From Planctomycetota bacterium (GTDB taxonomy: Bacteria; Planctomycetota; SZUA-567; H5-PLA8): a stretch of DNA of 64,000 nucleotides. This document shows, one piece after another, positions 31,287-42,091 of the stretch (position 1 is the stretch's first letter; each line of letters starts with the position of its first letter). The position numbers were made by a program, and so were the translations under genes. The stretch spans positions 44,462 through 108,461 of the forward strand of contig JBBRPR010000025.1 in NCBI GenBank assembly GCA_038227875.1, in the 5' to 3' direction. The notes beneath the pieces are model-generated. The model was not told the origin of the DNA, did no database searches, and was given only the letters and a program-made list of their open reading frames with translations.

Positions 31287-33531
31287 GTGTGAGCTCCTGA
31301 CGGGAGCGCGCCGCCGTTGCTTTGTGCAACGCGACCGCGCCGGTTTTGTACGACGGTTGCTTGGAATGCGGATCGAAAACAGACGCCGTCAGCCGATTGA
31401 CTTCCGGGTAATGCATGGGCAGAAAAACCTGGCCGCGCTGGATCATCGGCGTCAGCACCGCGCGCGCCGTGAGCGTGCCACGCCGCGAAGAGACTTCCAC
31501 ATCGCCGCCGTCCAGAATGTTCAGCGCCGCGGCATCTTCAGGGTGAATTTCAACGTACAGATTTTTCGGGTAGAGCGAACGCAGCGTCGCAGACTTCGAG
31601 GTGCGCGTCCCGGTATGCCACTGCGCCGAAGTTCCGCGGCCAGTGAGCAGCGAAAACGGATAGGCGTCGTCGGTAAGTTCGGGCGCGGCGGTCGGTGCAT
31701 CGAAAATGAAGCGCGCGCGCTGGTCTTCGGTGAAAAATTTCCCGTCTTCGAAGAGGCGGCGTTCGTTCACGGAAAGATCCGTGCCCTCCGCGCAGGGCCA
31801 TTGCACGCCGCCGCGCCGGTCGAGCATCGCGTAGCCGCCGATGCCCGTGATGTCGCAGGGCCGGCCGCGAGAAAGTCGCTGGAGAATGCGGAAGACGCTC
31901 TCCGGGTCCTTCCACTCTTGGAAGAGATCGCCGCAGCCCCAGTAATGCGCGGCGAGTTTGGAAATGTAAAAATCTGAGAGCGCTTCTCCGGGGGCGCGCG
32001 CGACTTTTTTCAGCAGGCCGATGCGCCTCTCGGAATTGATGAACGTCCCTTCCTTCTCGCCCCAACCCGCGGCCGGTAACACGAGATGCGCGAGCTTGGC
32101 GGTGTCGGTGGTGTGGTACATGTCCTGGACGACGAGAAATTCGAGCTTCTTGGCGAGCTCCATGAAATCGTTCTGATTGATCCAGGAATGCGCGGAGTTC
32201 GTGCCGAAAATCCACAGCCCTTTGACGACGCCGGAGCGCACGCCGTCGATGATCTCGTTGTACGCCCAACTGTTGCGCGTGGGGATGCGGCTGGAGTCGA
32301 GATGGAGCAGCTCTGCGACGTCTTCACGGTCGGCTTGCTTGGTGAAATCGCGGCCGCCAAACAGATTTGTCGTGTTGCTGAAAATCCGCGAGCCCATCGC
32401 GTTGCACTGGCCGGTGATCGAATTCGCGCCGGTGCCGGGCCGCCCGATGTTGCCGGTCATCAGCGCGAGGTTGATGATCGCCTGCGCCGTCCGCGTGCCC
32501 TGGTGGCTCTGGTTCACGCCCATCGTCCACCAGAACGAGACGCGCTTGCGTTCGTGAATCAGTTGCGCGAAGGCCGTGAGTTGCTCCGCGGAAATCCCGG
32601 TCGCCTGCGCAGTGCGTTCGAGCGTGAATGGCGCGACGAAGGCTTTGAATTCCGCGAAGCCGCCCGTGTGGCGTTCGACGAAACTCGCGTCGATCCAGCC
32701 GTTGTGAAAAAGAATGCGCGCGATGCCGTAGAGTAGTTCCAGGTCGGCTTTCGGCTTGAGCGCCAGATGGAGCGTCGCGGCCTGCGCGGTTTCGGTTTTG
32801 CGCGGATCGATCACGACGATCGCCGGATTGTTCTTGTTGCGCAGCACGCGCTCCCACAGGATCGGGTGCGCGATGCAGGGATTGGCGCCGAAGAAAATCA
32901 GCGCGTCGGACGCTTCAAAATCGGCGTAGGTGAACGGCGGCGCGTCGAAGCCGAAGGACTGCTTGTACGCCGTCGCGGCCGTGGCCATGCATTGGCGCGT
33001 GTTGCCGTCGCCGTGCTCAATGCCCATGCCGAACTTCGCCACCGCACCGAGCAGCGCGAGTTCCTCGGTCGGAAGCTGCCCCGAGCCGATCCAGGCCAGC
33101 GAATCAGCGCCGTGGTGATTTTGAATATCTTTGAAGCGCGACGTGAATTCCCGCATCGCGTGATCCCAAGTCACCGGCCGCATCGCGCCCTGGGCATCGC
33201 GTAACAGCGGGCGCGTGGCACGGTCGGGAGCGTGGAGCACGTTCAGCGCTTCCCACCCTTTCGGGCAGGCCATGCCGAGATTAACGGGGTAGTCCGTGGA
33301 CGCCGTGAGATTGATCGCTTCGCCATTGCGGAAGTGAATGTTGAGTCCGCAACCCGTGGAACAAAAGCCACACACGGATGTCGTTGTCGCGTCCGGCGCG
33401 AGGCGCTCGGGAACTTGGCCGAGTCCAAACCCGCCGGACTTCAGCGCGAGTTGCTGCGAGAGCACGCCATCCCACTGACGGAAGGCGTGGCGCAGGGATT
33501 CGGCCGTGAGATTCAGTCCCGGAACGCTCAT
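31279..33531 (-). CDS. nasA: Assimilatory-type nitrate reductase molybdopterin catalytic subunit (NasA/NarB-like)
   Basis: CGFCSTGC...ACPKG 4Fe-4[31 protein letters not shown] and QWHTGTRT; no Tat signal; ATG overlaps the upstream TGA. Confidence 0.88.
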   Translation of the reverse strand: MSVPGLNLTAESLRHAFRQWDGVLSQQLALKSGGFGLGQVPERLAPDATTTSVCGFCSTGCGLNIHFRNGEAINLTASTDYPVNLGMACPKGWEALNVLHAPDRATRPLLRDAQGAMRPVTWDHAMREFTSRFKDIQNHHGADSLAWIGSGQLPTEELALLGAVAKFGMGIEHGDGNTRQCMATAATAYKQSFGFDAPPFTYADFEASDALIFFGANPCIAHPILWERVLRNKNNPAIVVIDPRKTETAQAATLHLALKPKADLELLYGIARILFHNGWIDASFVERHTGGFAEFKAFVAPFTLERTAQATGISAEQLTAFAQLIHERKRVSFWWTMGVNQSHQGTRTAQAIINLALMTGNIGRPGTGANSITGQCNAMGSRIFSNTTNLFGGRDFTKQADREDVAELLHLDSSRIPTRNSWAYNEIIDGVRSGVVKGLWIFGTNSAHSWINQNDFMELAKKLEFLVVQDMYHTTDTAKLAHLVLPAAGWGEKEGTFINSERRIGLLKKVARAPGEALSDFYISKLAAHYWGCGDLFQEWKDPESVFRILQRLSRGRPCDITGIGGYAMLDRRGGVQWPCAEGTDLSVNERRLFEDGKFFTEDQRARFIFDAPTAAPELTDDAYPFSLLTGRGTSAQWHTGTRTSKSATLRSLYPKNLYVEIHPEDAAALNILDGGDVEVSSRRGTLTARAVLTPMIQRGQVFLPMHYPEVNRLTASVFDPHSKQPSYKTGAVALHKATAARSRQELTHG

Positions 33532-35156
33532 CGCGCGAGCCCTCCGGGCATCTTCAACGGCACGACGGCGGTGAAGTAGAGGTAGCGTTCGCACAGTTCG
33601 CTGACCAGCCAGAGCGCCGCAGCGACTGCCACCATCGCCACAACACGTTCGGTCATGAACGTGGCGAGCAGAGGAAGCGCGATTCCGCCAACGATTCCGG
33701 TGACGAAGCGAGCGATGGTCGCGGTGCGAAGGTGATCGCGCATTAGCCGCGCGGATTTCTGATCGTAAGTCGCTTCCGCATTCGACGCGTGAAGCAGGTA
33801 GCGCAGTTCCAGCGCGAGTTTCAGTCCGCACAGCGTGGCAGCGAGCGCCGCGAAAGTCGGAAGACTCGAACTGCGCGAGAACGCCGCCGCGGCCAGCGAG
33901 CTCAAGCCGCCGGCGCAGAGCACGGAGAGATAGAATCGCGTCGCGCTGAGCGAAAAGCGCCAGAACGGGCGGCGCGTGTCGGCGTAAATCATCACCGAGC
34001 AGAAGACTGCGACGAGGCTCACCACCACCGCCACCGGAAGCAGCGCGGGAAGAAACAGCGCCGCACTATCCACGGCCGCGACGGCACCAAACGCGGCGAC
34101 TTCGCGGCTGAGCCACGAGGTTCGCAGACCCAGGATCGCGCGGAATGCGAAGAGCGGACGGCCGAGATGCAGCAGCGCGCAGTGCATGCCAATCAGGTGC
34201 AGCGCCAGCGACGCAATCGTGGTGATGCGCGCCGGGCGCGCGTCGCCGTTGACGCTTAGCACCGACGCCGCCAGCATTCCGCCTGCGGCAAATTGGGTCA
34301 GCACCAGGGTCCAGACCAGCGCCATGTGACTGTGCGCGGGAGAAAGCTCGGTGGCGTCGCCGGCGTTCATCAGTTCTGGCAGCGGCTGCTGCGAACGGTA
34401 AATGGTGGAGGGGAGGGTATAGTCGGATTTCGGCGCGCTCGGAACGAGAACGGCAGCGCGCGAACGCTCGACAATTTTCTCGCGTGAAACGGTGGTGATG
34501 CGGATGGCGGTGTTCGGGCAGGCTTGCACGCAGGCCGGAGCTTCCTGCTTTTCCAGACGTGACGAACACATGTCGCACTTGCGGACGATACCGCGCGACG
34601 CGCTGTACTTCGGCACGTCGTACGGGCATTTTAGAATGCAGTACTGGCAACCGATGCACTGATCGTCGAGATGCTTGACGATGCCGGTCAGCAGATCCTT
34701 GTCGTACGCTTTGACCGGGCAGCCGTCCATGCAAGCGGGGTGCGCGCAATGGTGGCACGCGGCGGTCACCATTTTCATCAGTGGCAACTGCGGATCGGAA
34801 CTGACGATCTGCCCGACCGCGCGCCACGTTTCGCCTTCATCCAGTCCATTGAGGCTGTGGCACGCGGTGACGCAGGCTTTGCAGCCGGTGCAGGCGTCGA
34901 GGTCTACTTCAAACGCGTACTGTTCGCCGGGCCCCGGCGTCGTGAGTGGAATCAAGTCGCGGTAGTATTTGGACTGCACGGGCGCCACGGCGTGAGCGTG
35001 CTGCTGCGCGAAACGCTCAACGGCGGAGAGGTCGCGCTGATCGCGAAGCAACTCGGCGATCAGGGATTCTCCGCTGGCCGGCAGTTCTGGAACGCGCCGT
35101 GTCGGTTCGGCCCGCTCCAGAACTGGCGTCCAATCGATGAGTGCTTCGTTTGACAC
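33528..35156 (-). CDS. DmsB-like 4x[4Fe-4S] domain fused to DmsC/YnfH membrane anchor
   Basis: [33 protein letters not shown] and [13 protein letters not shown]-half hydrophobic with HLGRP and SWLSRE. Confidence 0.9.
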   Translation of the reverse strand: MSNEALIDWTPVLERAEPTRRVPELPASGESLIAELLRDQRDLSAVERFAQQHAHAVAPVQSKYYRDLIPLTTPGPGEQYAFEVDLDACTGCKACVTACHSLNGLDEGETWRAVGQIVSSDPQLPLMKMVTAACHHCAHPACMDGCPVKAYDKDLLTGIVKHLDDQCIGCQYCILKCPYDVPKYSASRGIVRKCDMCSSRLEKQEAPACVQACPNTAIRITTVSREKIVERSRAAVLVPSAPKSDYTLPSTIYRSQQPLPELMNAGDATELSPAHSHMALVWTLVLTQFAAGGMLAASVLSVNGDARPARITTIASLALHLIGMHCALLHLGRPLFAFRAILGLRTSWLSREVAAFGAVAAVDSAALFLPALLPVAVVVSLVAVFCSVMIYADTRRPFWRFSLSATRFYLSVLCAGGLSSLAAAAFSRSSSLPTFAALAATLCGLKLALELRYLLHASNAEATYDQKSARLMRDHLRTATIARFVTGIVGGIALPLLATFMTERVVAMVAVAAALWLVSELCERYLYFTAVVPLKMPGGLAR

Positions 35157-35179
35157 AATCGTCCTCAGAATTTTATCGT

Positions 35180-35992
35180 TTACTCAGCCGTTACCAGATG
35201 CGTGTCGCGTGCCGCGAGGTAATGCAGCAGGTGCTTACGGACGCGGTCGTATTCGGGATCGTCGAGCATGCGTTCGCGCGAGCGCGGACGCGTCAGCCCG
35301 ACCTCGACCACTTCGCCGATGTGCGCGGCGGGTCCGTTGCTCATCAGAATGATGCGGTCGGAGAGATAAATCGCTTCGTCGACGTCGTGCGTGATCATCA
35401 GCACCGTCTTGCGCTCGCTCTCCCAGATTTTCAGCAGGTCGTCCTGCATGCGCCCACGGGTCAGGGCATCGAGCGCGCCGAAAGGTTCGTCGAGCAGCAG
35501 CACTTTCGGCTGAATCGCGAAGGCGCGCGCGATGCCGACGCGCTGCTTCATGCCGCCGGAAATCTCCGATGGTTTTTTGTGCAGATGCGTGCCCAGCCCG
35601 ACCTTCTGCAACTGTTTTTGCGCGGACGCACGGACTTCGTTCTTCGGCATCGCCGGGAAGACATTGGCGATCGCCATCTCCACGTTCTGCGCGACGGTCA
35701 GCCACGGCAGCAGCGAATGATTCTGAAACACTATGCCGCGGTCGGGGCCCGGTTCCCGGACCACCTTGCCTTCGAGCGTGACCGAACCGGACGTCGCCTG
35801 GTCGAGTCCCGCGACGATGTTCAGCAGTGTGCTCTTACCGCAGCCGGAATGTCCGATGATCGAAATGAACTCGCCCGCATCTATCGCCAGCGAAACGTCG
35901 CGCAGGGCTTCGTAGTCCGGACGCCCGGCGCCGCCGAAGAACACCTTGCTGACGGAGGCGATGCGAAGATAGGCTTCAGGTGTCGGAGGCAT
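35180..35992 (-). CDS. nrtD: Nitrate ABC transporter ATP-binding subunit (NrtD-like)
   Basis: GHSGCGKST Walker A, ISGGMKQR, LLLDEPFGALD and ITHDVDEA. Confidence 0.9.
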   Translation of the reverse strand: MPPTPEAYLRIASVSKVFFGGAGRPDYEALRDVSLAIDAGEFISIIGHSGCGKSTLLNIVAGLDQATSGSVTLEGKVVREPGPDRGIVFQNHSLLPWLTVAQNVEMAIANVFPAMPKNEVRASAQKQLQKVGLGTHLHKKPSEISGGMKQRVGIARAFAIQPKVLLLDEPFGALDALTRGRMQDDLLKIWESERKTVLMITHDVDEAIYLSDRIILMSNGPAAHIGEVVEVGLTRPRSRERMLDDPEYDRVRKHLLHYLAARDTHLVTAE

Positions 35993-36011
35993 CAACGATT
36001 CCCTTCGTCTA

Positions 36012-36071
36012 ACCAGTGTGCCAATTGGCACACTGGTCAAAATCCAACGTCTGGCCAATTGGCCAGACGTT
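36012..36071. repeat. Two adjacent perfect 26-bp palindromes
   Basis: ACCAGTGTGCCAATTGGCACACTGGT (36012-36037) and AACGTCTGGCCAATTGGCCAGACGTT (36046-36071). Confidence 0.9.
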
Positions 36072-36080
36072 CAGCATCGC

Positions 36081-36974
36081 TCAGTACGCGACTGCTTTTT
36101 CGATCTTCATCATGATCACATTGAGGATCAGTCCGATCGCGCCGATCAAGCCCATCGCCAGGATTGAGCGGTCGATCGAGCCGGCGTTGTATTGATCCCA
36201 GCAGAAGAAGCCGATGCCGTCCTGACCGTTGAGCATTTCCGCGGCCACAATCACCATCCACGCGATGCCCAGCGAAATGCGAAGTCCGGTGACAATGTGC
36301 GGCAGCGTCGCCGGCCAGTAGATCTGCCGGAAAATTTGCCAGCGCGTTAATTTCAGCATGCGCGCGACGTTGGTGTAGTCGGGGTTGATCTGGCCCACTC
36401 CGAAAGCGGTATTGAGCACCGTGGGCCAGAGCGAGCAGATGAAGATCACAAACGTCGCGGCCATCGTCGGCGGCTTCAGCGTTTCGTTTTGCAGCGCCGG
36501 CGCGGAAAAGATCACCAGCGCGACCGGATACCAGGCCAGCGGCGAGATCGGGCGACAGAGTTCGATGATCGGATGAACCGCGCGGCGGACGAACGGCGAG
36601 CTGCCGATCACGAAGCCCAGCGGAATGGCGATGAACGCGCCGAGCGTAAAGCCGCAGAGCACGCGGGTGAGGCTGTAGAGCAGTAGCAGCGGCAAGCCGA
36701 CGCGGTTCTGATCGCCCCAGAAATTCGCGCGGACGAATTCAATGCAAAGCTTCAACGTCACCAGCGGCCCTGGCAGATCGTGTGCGAAACAACTGATCAA
36801 CGCCCACACGCACAGGGAAAATGCAATGCCAACGAGCGCCGGAAACGCGCGCGTGCGAACCCACACGGCAAACGGCCGGTCGCGCGGCGCAAGTTTCGCG
36901 ACGGGTGCTTTCTTCGCCGCCGCCGGCGCAGCGGCAGCGGTCGCGTCAGTAAGTGCAAGGGCGGGCTGATTCAT
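36081..36974 (-). CDS. nrtB: Nitrate ABC transporter permease
   Basis: RPISPLAW, FVIFICSLWPTVLNTAFG, GIAWMVIVAAEML and GIGFFCWD. Confidence 0.9.
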   Translation of the reverse strand: MNQPALALTDATAAAAPAAAKKAPVAKLAPRDRPFAVWVRTRAFPALVGIAFSLCVWALISCFAHDLPGPLVTLKLCIEFVRANFWGDQNRVGLPLLLLYSLTRVLCGFTLGAFIAIPLGFVIGSSPFVRRAVHPIIELCRPISPLAWYPVALVIFSAPALQNETLKPPTMAATFVIFICSLWPTVLNTAFGVGQINPDYTNVARMLKLTRWQIFRQIYWPATLPHIVTGLRISLGIAWMVIVAAEMLNGQDGIGFFCWDQYNAGSIDRSILAMGLIGAIGLILNVIMMKIEKAVAY

Positions 36975-36998
36975 TCCGTCTCTCCGTTGATGTTGCCA

Positions 36999-38276
36999 CT
37001 ACGCCTTCAGCGCGAACGCCTGCGTGTACGCTTCCGGATCGGCCGGATCGAACGTGACGCCATCGAAGAGCGTCTCCTTGCCGCGCGATTCCAGTCCGCC
37101 GGCTGGTGCCGCGACTCCCGCGCGCTTGCACGCTTCGGTGTAAATGTCGTGGCGCATGATCTTCTTCGCTTCGGCCAGGTAGTCGGGCTTGTCGGCGAGC
37201 ATTCCCCAGCGGCGGTGCTGCGTCATGAACCACGTCGCGTGGCTCAGGTACGGCACAGTCGTGTCGCGCTCGAAAAAGCGCATGTAATCGGGATCGTCGA
37301 CGACTGGCGCGCCGGGCGCGTGGACGTACTTGCCCTGCAGCCGGCCCAGGATCGTCTCCGGCTTGCAGTTGACGTATTCGGTTTTGCCGATGAGCTGCGC
37401 GGCTTCCTCGCGGTTTTTCATGTCGTCGAGCCAGCGGCAGGCTTCGAGCGTCGCGGCGGTCAGCGCGATGCAGGTCTTCGGGTTGGCCAGCGCGAACGAT
37501 TCCATCACGCCGAGCACTTTTTCGGGATGGTTCTTCCACAGCGCCTGCGTCGTGATCGCCGTGCCGCCGATGCCTTCGTCGACCGCTCGAGCACCCCAGG
37601 GTTCGCCGACGCAGAAGCCGTCCATGTTGCCGGTCTTCATGTTGGCCACCATCTGCGGCGGCGGAATCGTGATCAGCTTCACGTCCTTGTCCGGATGCAC
37701 GCCGCCCGACGCAAGCCAGTAGCGCATCCACATCGCGTGCGTCCCGGGCGGAAAGGTCATCGCGAACGTGAACTTCGCCTGCTTTTCGACGATCTGCTTT
37801 TTGATCTCCGCGGGCGTCTTCACGCCGGCGTCGAGCATCGGTTTCTTGATCGTGATTGCCTGGCCGTTGAGGTTCAGGCATTGCAGCACGCACATCGGCA
37901 CTCTTTTGACCGGCGCGCCGACATCGCCGACGCCGAGCGAGGAGCCCACGCACATGCCGAGCAGAATGTGCGCGGCATCGATCTCGCCTTTTTGAATCGC
38001 ATCGCGCGTTGCGCCCCAACTGGCCATCTTTTTGACGCGGACGTTTAAGCCGTATTTTTTGTAGAGGCCTTTCTCGGAAGCGATGACCAGCGGCGAACAG
38101 TCCGTGAGCGGAATGAAGCCGAGCGTCAGGTCGGTCTTCTCGACAGCGTCGTCGGCCCGGGCCACGCCGCTGAGCGGCTTGATCATCCCGCCAGCCGTCC
38201 AGGCTGCGGCCGCAATGCCGGCGAACTTCAGAAATCCGCGTCGATCCGTGTTCGTGTGTTCGGATTCGTTCTTCAT
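36999..38276 (-). CDS. nrtA: CmpA/NrtA-family nitrate ABC substrate-binding protein, Tat-exported
   Basis: Tat signal DRRGFLK; GFIPLTDC, TFPPGTHAMW, PPPQMVANM, FCVGEPW and HPEK (Lys typical of nitrate rather than bicarbonate binders). Confidence 0.9.
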   Translation of the reverse strand: MKNESEHTNTDRRGFLKFAGIAAAAWTAGGMIKPLSGVARADDAVEKTDLTLGFIPLTDCSPLVIASEKGLYKKYGLNVRVKKMASWGATRDAIQKGEIDAAHILLGMCVGSSLGVGDVGAPVKRVPMCVLQCLNLNGQAITIKKPMLDAGVKTPAEIKKQIVEKQAKFTFAMTFPPGTHAMWMRYWLASGGVHPDKDVKLITIPPPQMVANMKTGNMDGFCVGEPWGARAVDEGIGGTAITTQALWKNHPEKVLGVMESFALANPKTCIALTAATLEACRWLDDMKNREEAAQLIGKTEYVNCKPETILGRLQGKYVHAPGAPVVDDPDYMRFFERDTTVPYLSHATWFMTQHRRWGMLADKPDYLAEAKKIMRHDIYTEACKRAGVAAPAGGLESRGKETLFDGVTFDPADPEAYTQAFALKA

Positions 38277-38307
38277 TTCAGTGCCGGCTCCCAGATTCAG
38301 AATTTTG

Positions 38308-38357
38308 GAAACAAAAAAGGCGCAAGAATGAACGCCGTGCGTTCGTCCCCGCGCCTT
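38308..38357 (-). terminator. Terminator/attenuator hairpin in the nitrate operon leader
   Basis: Minus strand AAGGCGC-GGGGAC-GAACG-CACGG-CGTTC-ATTCTT-GCGCCTT then TTTTGTTT, lying between the promoter and the nrtA start. Confidence 0.65.
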
Positions 38358-38444
38358 CAACTTGCAGATCGCTTTCATCTGCCCATTAAGGCGGCCCGCT
38401 GGATTGACTGCGAGCTGCGCTATGAATTGTCGAGGAGCGTTGAA

Positions 38445-38460
38445 AGCACGCGTCATGCCA
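38445..38460 (-). promoter_or_regulatory. Sigma54 (-24/-12) promoter for the nitrate operon
   Basis: Minus strand TGGCATGACGCGTGCT fits GG-N10-GC; IHF-like ATCAATCAGTTA at 38490-38501 upstream. Confidence 0.7.
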
Positions 38461-38647
38461 GATCGACACGTGTGTACCGTCAATGTGCGTAACTGATTGA
38501 TGGATTGATCTTTGAAATTTTAGAGGAGCTGAGCGCCAAACAGAACTAAATGGAAGGGCTGGCCCTTATTGAACGAATAGTTGTGCGATGTTGAGCACAG
38601 CGGTTGAAGTTTGTCTTGTCGCAGACGAAGACCCCTGGCCTTTATCC

Positions 38648-39442
38648 TCAACATTTCGACGGCGTTTGCGTGTTCTGCGCGAGCAGATCCGAAAGCGATT
38701 TTCTCAGGTTTGCGAGTTCCTTCGACTTAAAGGAATCCTTCGTTTTTTCGAGCACATCGATAGTGCCGCGCAGCGCCAACTCGTACTGCGCCAGCCGCGG
38801 GCACTTGATCATGCGGCACAGATCGTTGCTGACGTCATTTTCGATCCGTCCGGTGCGCAGCACATCCATGGTCTGTTTCAGGCTGCTGGCGGAGTTCACG
38901 ATGTTGTTGAGCGTCATTGCCAGGAACTGTTCCAACGTCAACGCGTTGGCCTGCGGCGCCGATGACGCGGAGAGCATCGCGCTGCGTTCCAGCGCCTGCA
39001 GTCGCTCCACGGAATGCGTCATGTCCTCCTGCGAACGCTTGATGTCGCGGAGCACTTCGCCCTTCTCCAGCGCGCGTGAGACCCGCTGCAGAAATTCGGT
39101 CTCGTCGATCGGTTTGACCAGGTAATCGACCACGGACATGCGCAGCGACTGCACGGCCGATTGCACGGTCGGGAATCCGGTTACGACGATCACTGGCAGC
39201 CACGCCCGGCCGCTTTGCGTGTCGGCCAGAAATTCCAGGTCGCTGCTGCCGGGCATGTTGATATCAGTGATCAGCAGGTCGAAGTGCTTATTCTTCAACG
39301 CGTCCGCGGCTTCAATGGCGCTGAGCGCCGTGTCGCAGCGGTAGCCGTGATGGCGCAGCATCGCGGCGGTGGTACGCAGAAATATCTCTTCGTCATCGGC
39401 TAACAATATCGTCGCGGTCGGCGACTTTTTTGGCGCAATCAT
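38648..39442 (-). CDS. Response regulator (REC plus unrecognised helical C-terminal domain)
   Basis: LADDE, ITDINMPG, VTG and YLVKP receiver motifs; C-terminus has no HTH that I recognise. Confidence 0.85.
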   Translation of the reverse strand: MIAPKKSPTATILLADDEEIFLRTTAAMLRHHGYRCDTALSAIEAADALKNKHFDLLITDINMPGSSDLEFLADTQSGRAWLPVIVVTGFPTVQSAVQSLRMSVVDYLVKPIDETEFLQRVSRALEKGEVLRDIKRSQEDMTHSVERLQALERSAMLSASSAPQANALTLEQFLAMTLNNIVNSASSLKQTMDVLRTGRIENDVSNDLCRMIKCPRLAQYELALRGTIDVLEKTKDSFKSKELANLRKSLSDLLAQNTQTPSKC

Positions 39443-39562
39443 TTCTTTTCCACCCCGTACCCACGTGCAGGAGTCGGTTGAACACAAGCAACGTACCAAA
39501 CGCCCCACGAATAATTCCGTATGGGAAATGGCTGAACCGTGTGCGGCGTTTTGACGCGCTGG

Positions 39563-41869
39563 CTAAATTTGCGCAGAGTGGTGCGAGTTGTGCTCGCGTT
39601 TCAACACTTCATTCAGCGCGCGAAGTTGCGTGTCCGCATCCGCCAGATCGCGGCGGAACGTGACAAAAATCGCGCGCGCCAGCTCCAAATTTCCAGCTCG
39701 GCAAGCGCTTTCCAGTTTTGACACGCCGTCCAGGGCACGCACCGCGCCGAGCGCCCCGGCGGCGCTTTTGATTGCATGCGCCAGTTGCGCGGCCTCGTTT
39801 AATTCGCCAACGTCAAGATGTTTTGCGATTCCGCTGACGCGTTCGGTGTTGCTTGTTTCAAAAATCCGCAGCAGTTCGTCGGGAAGATTGGGATCTTCCG
39901 GCGTCTGCAGTTGCCACAGTCGACGCAGCAAGCTCGCGTCAATTACCCGTTCGCTTGAGTTCGATGGAGCCGGCGCGGATTCGCTCAAATCAGGCGTTGG
40001 CGCGATCTCAATCCACGGCAGCAGCGCCGCACGGAGTTCCTCGATCTGCACCGGCTTGGCCAGATGCGCGTCCATGCCCGCAGCCAGACATTTTGCGCGC
40101 TCTTCGGATGAATTGTGTGCCGTCAGCGCGAGGATCGGAATTCGCTTCCCCGCGCCTTCGTTTTCGCGAATGCGGCGGGCCGTCGCGTAGCCATCGAGCA
40201 CTGGCATTTGGCAGTCGAGCAGGATCAGATCGAAGCGCTCGCGCTCGAGGCGCTCCAGCGCTTCCAGCCCATGACAGGCCAGTTCGCACGGAATGCCCAG
40301 ATGCTTCAACTGCAGCGCGATGACGCGCCGGTTGACTTCGACGTCCTCCACGACCAGCACGCGGACGTGAGCCGCCCCGACCGCGGCCTTGCGCAGCGCC
40401 ACGGCGATCGTTGGCTCATTCTCTGCGGCGATTTGGAACTGCGCGGTAAACCAGAATTCCGAACCCTTGCCCAGTTCGCTCTCAACGCCGATGTCCCCGC
40501 CGAGCAGTTTCGCCAGTTCGCGGCAAATCGTTAGTCCCAGCCCGAATCCCGTGTGCTCGCGCGTCGGCGAATCGTCGGCCTGCGTGAACGGTTCGAAAAT
40601 GCGCGCGCGATCCTGCGGCGCGATGCCCGGCCCGGTATCGCGCACACCGACGCGCAGCGTCACGCCGCGGTCCGTGCGCACCTGCACCGTCGCGCTGACG
40701 GTAATCTCGCCGCGCTCGGTGAATTTGATCGCGTTCCCCAGCAGATTCAGCGTGATCTGCCGCAGGCGGCGGGCGTCGCCGCGCAGGCGGGGCAGCAGAT
40801 CGGCACTCAAATTCAGCTTCAGCGGCAGCGACTTCTGCTTCGCCGCAAACGACTGAATCTCCACCGCTTCGCGAAGCACCACGGCCGGATCGAATCTCTC
40901 CACGGCCAGCGACGCCTTTCCGGAGCTGAGCTGCGAATAGTCCAGCACGTCGTTGACCAGCGCATGCAACGTGTCGGCGCTGAGTTGCATCGTCTGAGCG
41001 AATTCCTGCTGCTCTTTCGTCAGGCGCGTGGTGAGCAGCAGTCCGCTCAAGCCTACGATCGCGTTCAACGGCGTGCGGATTTCATGGCTGACGTTGGCCA
41101 CGAAGGCCGACTTCGCGCGCGTCGCGGCTTGCGCGTCCTCCAGCGCCTTTTCCAGCGCTGCGTTCTTGGTTGCGAGTTGCTCTTCGGCCGAAATCATGCG
41201 GGCAAACGACGAATGAATCTTGGCCACCGCAGGGCGGAAAACGAAGAGAGCTTCCAGCGCCAGCACCACCAGCAGCACGGCGAACAGGGCGAGTTCAAAG
41301 AGCTTCAACTTGGCCACGCGTGCGCGGGCGTCTTCGTCGTAGCGAAAGACGATATGGTCCATCGTGGAAAGAAACGCGCCTTCGTGAGCAAGGACCGTTT
41401 TCAGCGCGTCCTGCGGCAGCGCCGCGCCCAGCGCGTGGGCCTGCAAAATTGCTCGCGCGGCGCTGAGCATCGCCTCGAAATGCGGCGCCGCCTCGCCGTA
41501 CATGCGCTGAATCTCGGCGGAATTCTCACCGGGAAGTTCCAGCTCCGCATCGCCCTTCTGCAACCCGCGGTTCGATCGTTCCCAGAGCTCCGCGACGGCT
41601 TTCAATTCGTCGAATCGCTGCGCGTCGTCGGGATCGGCCGTCAGCGCCAGCACGCATTTGCTCAAGCGCTGGCTGAGCATGCGCTGCCGTCCGGCGAGAT
41701 TGACCACGCGCGCATCGCGCGATTGGGTGAGCAGCGCGCGCTGAATCAAAAACTGTCCGGCCAGCGAGAGCGCCGCAACCAGGCTCAATGCCACGATGTA
41801 CCGGACGCGCAGTGAGTTGGATGCGATGCGCCGCGATACATTCAGGCGCGCTGAAGAGTCCATGTCCAT
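39563..41869 (-). CDS. Hybrid histidine kinase with NarX/PilJ-type nitrate-sensing domain (HisKA-HATPase-REC-Hpt)
   Basis: P-box-like [17 protein letters not shown] after TM1; [28 protein letters not shown] and Hpt AHAIKS. The ORF-track N-terminal extension is antisense to the MATE gene. Confidence 0.88.
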   Translation of the reverse strand: MDMDSSARLNVSRRIASNSLRVRYIVALSLVAALSLAGQFLIQRALLTQSRDARVVNLAGRQRMLSQRLSKCVLALTADPDDAQRFDELKAVAELWERSNRGLQKGDAELELPGENSAEIQRMYGEAAPHFEAMLSAARAILQAHALGAALPQDALKTVLAHEGAFLSTMDHIVFRYDEDARARVAKLKLFELALFAVLLVVLALEALFVFRPAVAKIHSSFARMISAEEQLATKNAALEKALEDAQAATRAKSAFVANVSHEIRTPLNAIVGLSGLLLTTRLTKEQQEFAQTMQLSADTLHALVNDVLDYSQLSSGKASLAVERFDPAVVLREAVEIQSFAAKQKSLPLKLNLSADLLPRLRGDARRLRQITLNLLGNAIKFTERGEITVSATVQVRTDRGVTLRVGVRDTGPGIAPQDRARIFEPFTQADDSPTREHTGFGLGLTICRELAKLLGGDIGVESELGKGSEFWFTAQFQIAAENEPTIAVALRKAAVGAAHVRVLVVEDVEVNRRVIALQLKHLGIPCELACHGLEALERLERERFDLILLDCQMPVLDGYATARRIRENEGAGKRIPILALTAHNSSEERAKCLAAGMDAHLAKPVQIEELRAALLPWIEIAPTPDLSESAPAPSNSSERVIDASLLRRLWQLQTPEDPNLPDELLRIFETSNTERVSGIAKHLDVGELNEAAQLAHAIKSAAGALGAVRALDGVSKLESACRAGNLELARAIFVTFRRDLADADTQLRALNEVLKREHNSHHSAQI

Positions 41870-41950
41870 CCCGGATCGTTCGTCCAAACGTAAGATGTTT
41901 CTTCCGATGCTAACAAAACGGTAAAGCCCAGGCGCAACCTTCGGGCCAAA

Positions 41951-42013
41951 TGCAGGCGGGACGCCCGCACCACAATTCATGGATCGCGATGCGCAACAGG
42001 CGTCCCGCTTGCA
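41951..42013. repeat. REP-like inverted pair
   Basis: TGCAGGCGGGACGCCCGCACCAC and the inverted degenerate CAGGCGTCCCGCTTGCA; related to the 47103-47245 copies. Confidence 0.65.
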
Positions 42014-42091
42014 AACCCTTGCACGCTCCCACGTCTTGCCGTCCACCCTTAATGGGTTATCCTCACGACCGAACATCAGCGAAAGGCATGC

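Noticed and set aside
31279..35156. DMSO reductase, periplasmic Nap or respiratory Nar
   Set aside because: No Tat signal, no napB/napD or narHJI, NasA-type motifs, and context of nirBD and a nitrate ABC transporter
38308..38430. A named riboswitch (Moco, glutamine) in the nitrate leader
   Set aside because: I could not match conserved aptamer sequences by eye; kept only as a putative attenuator
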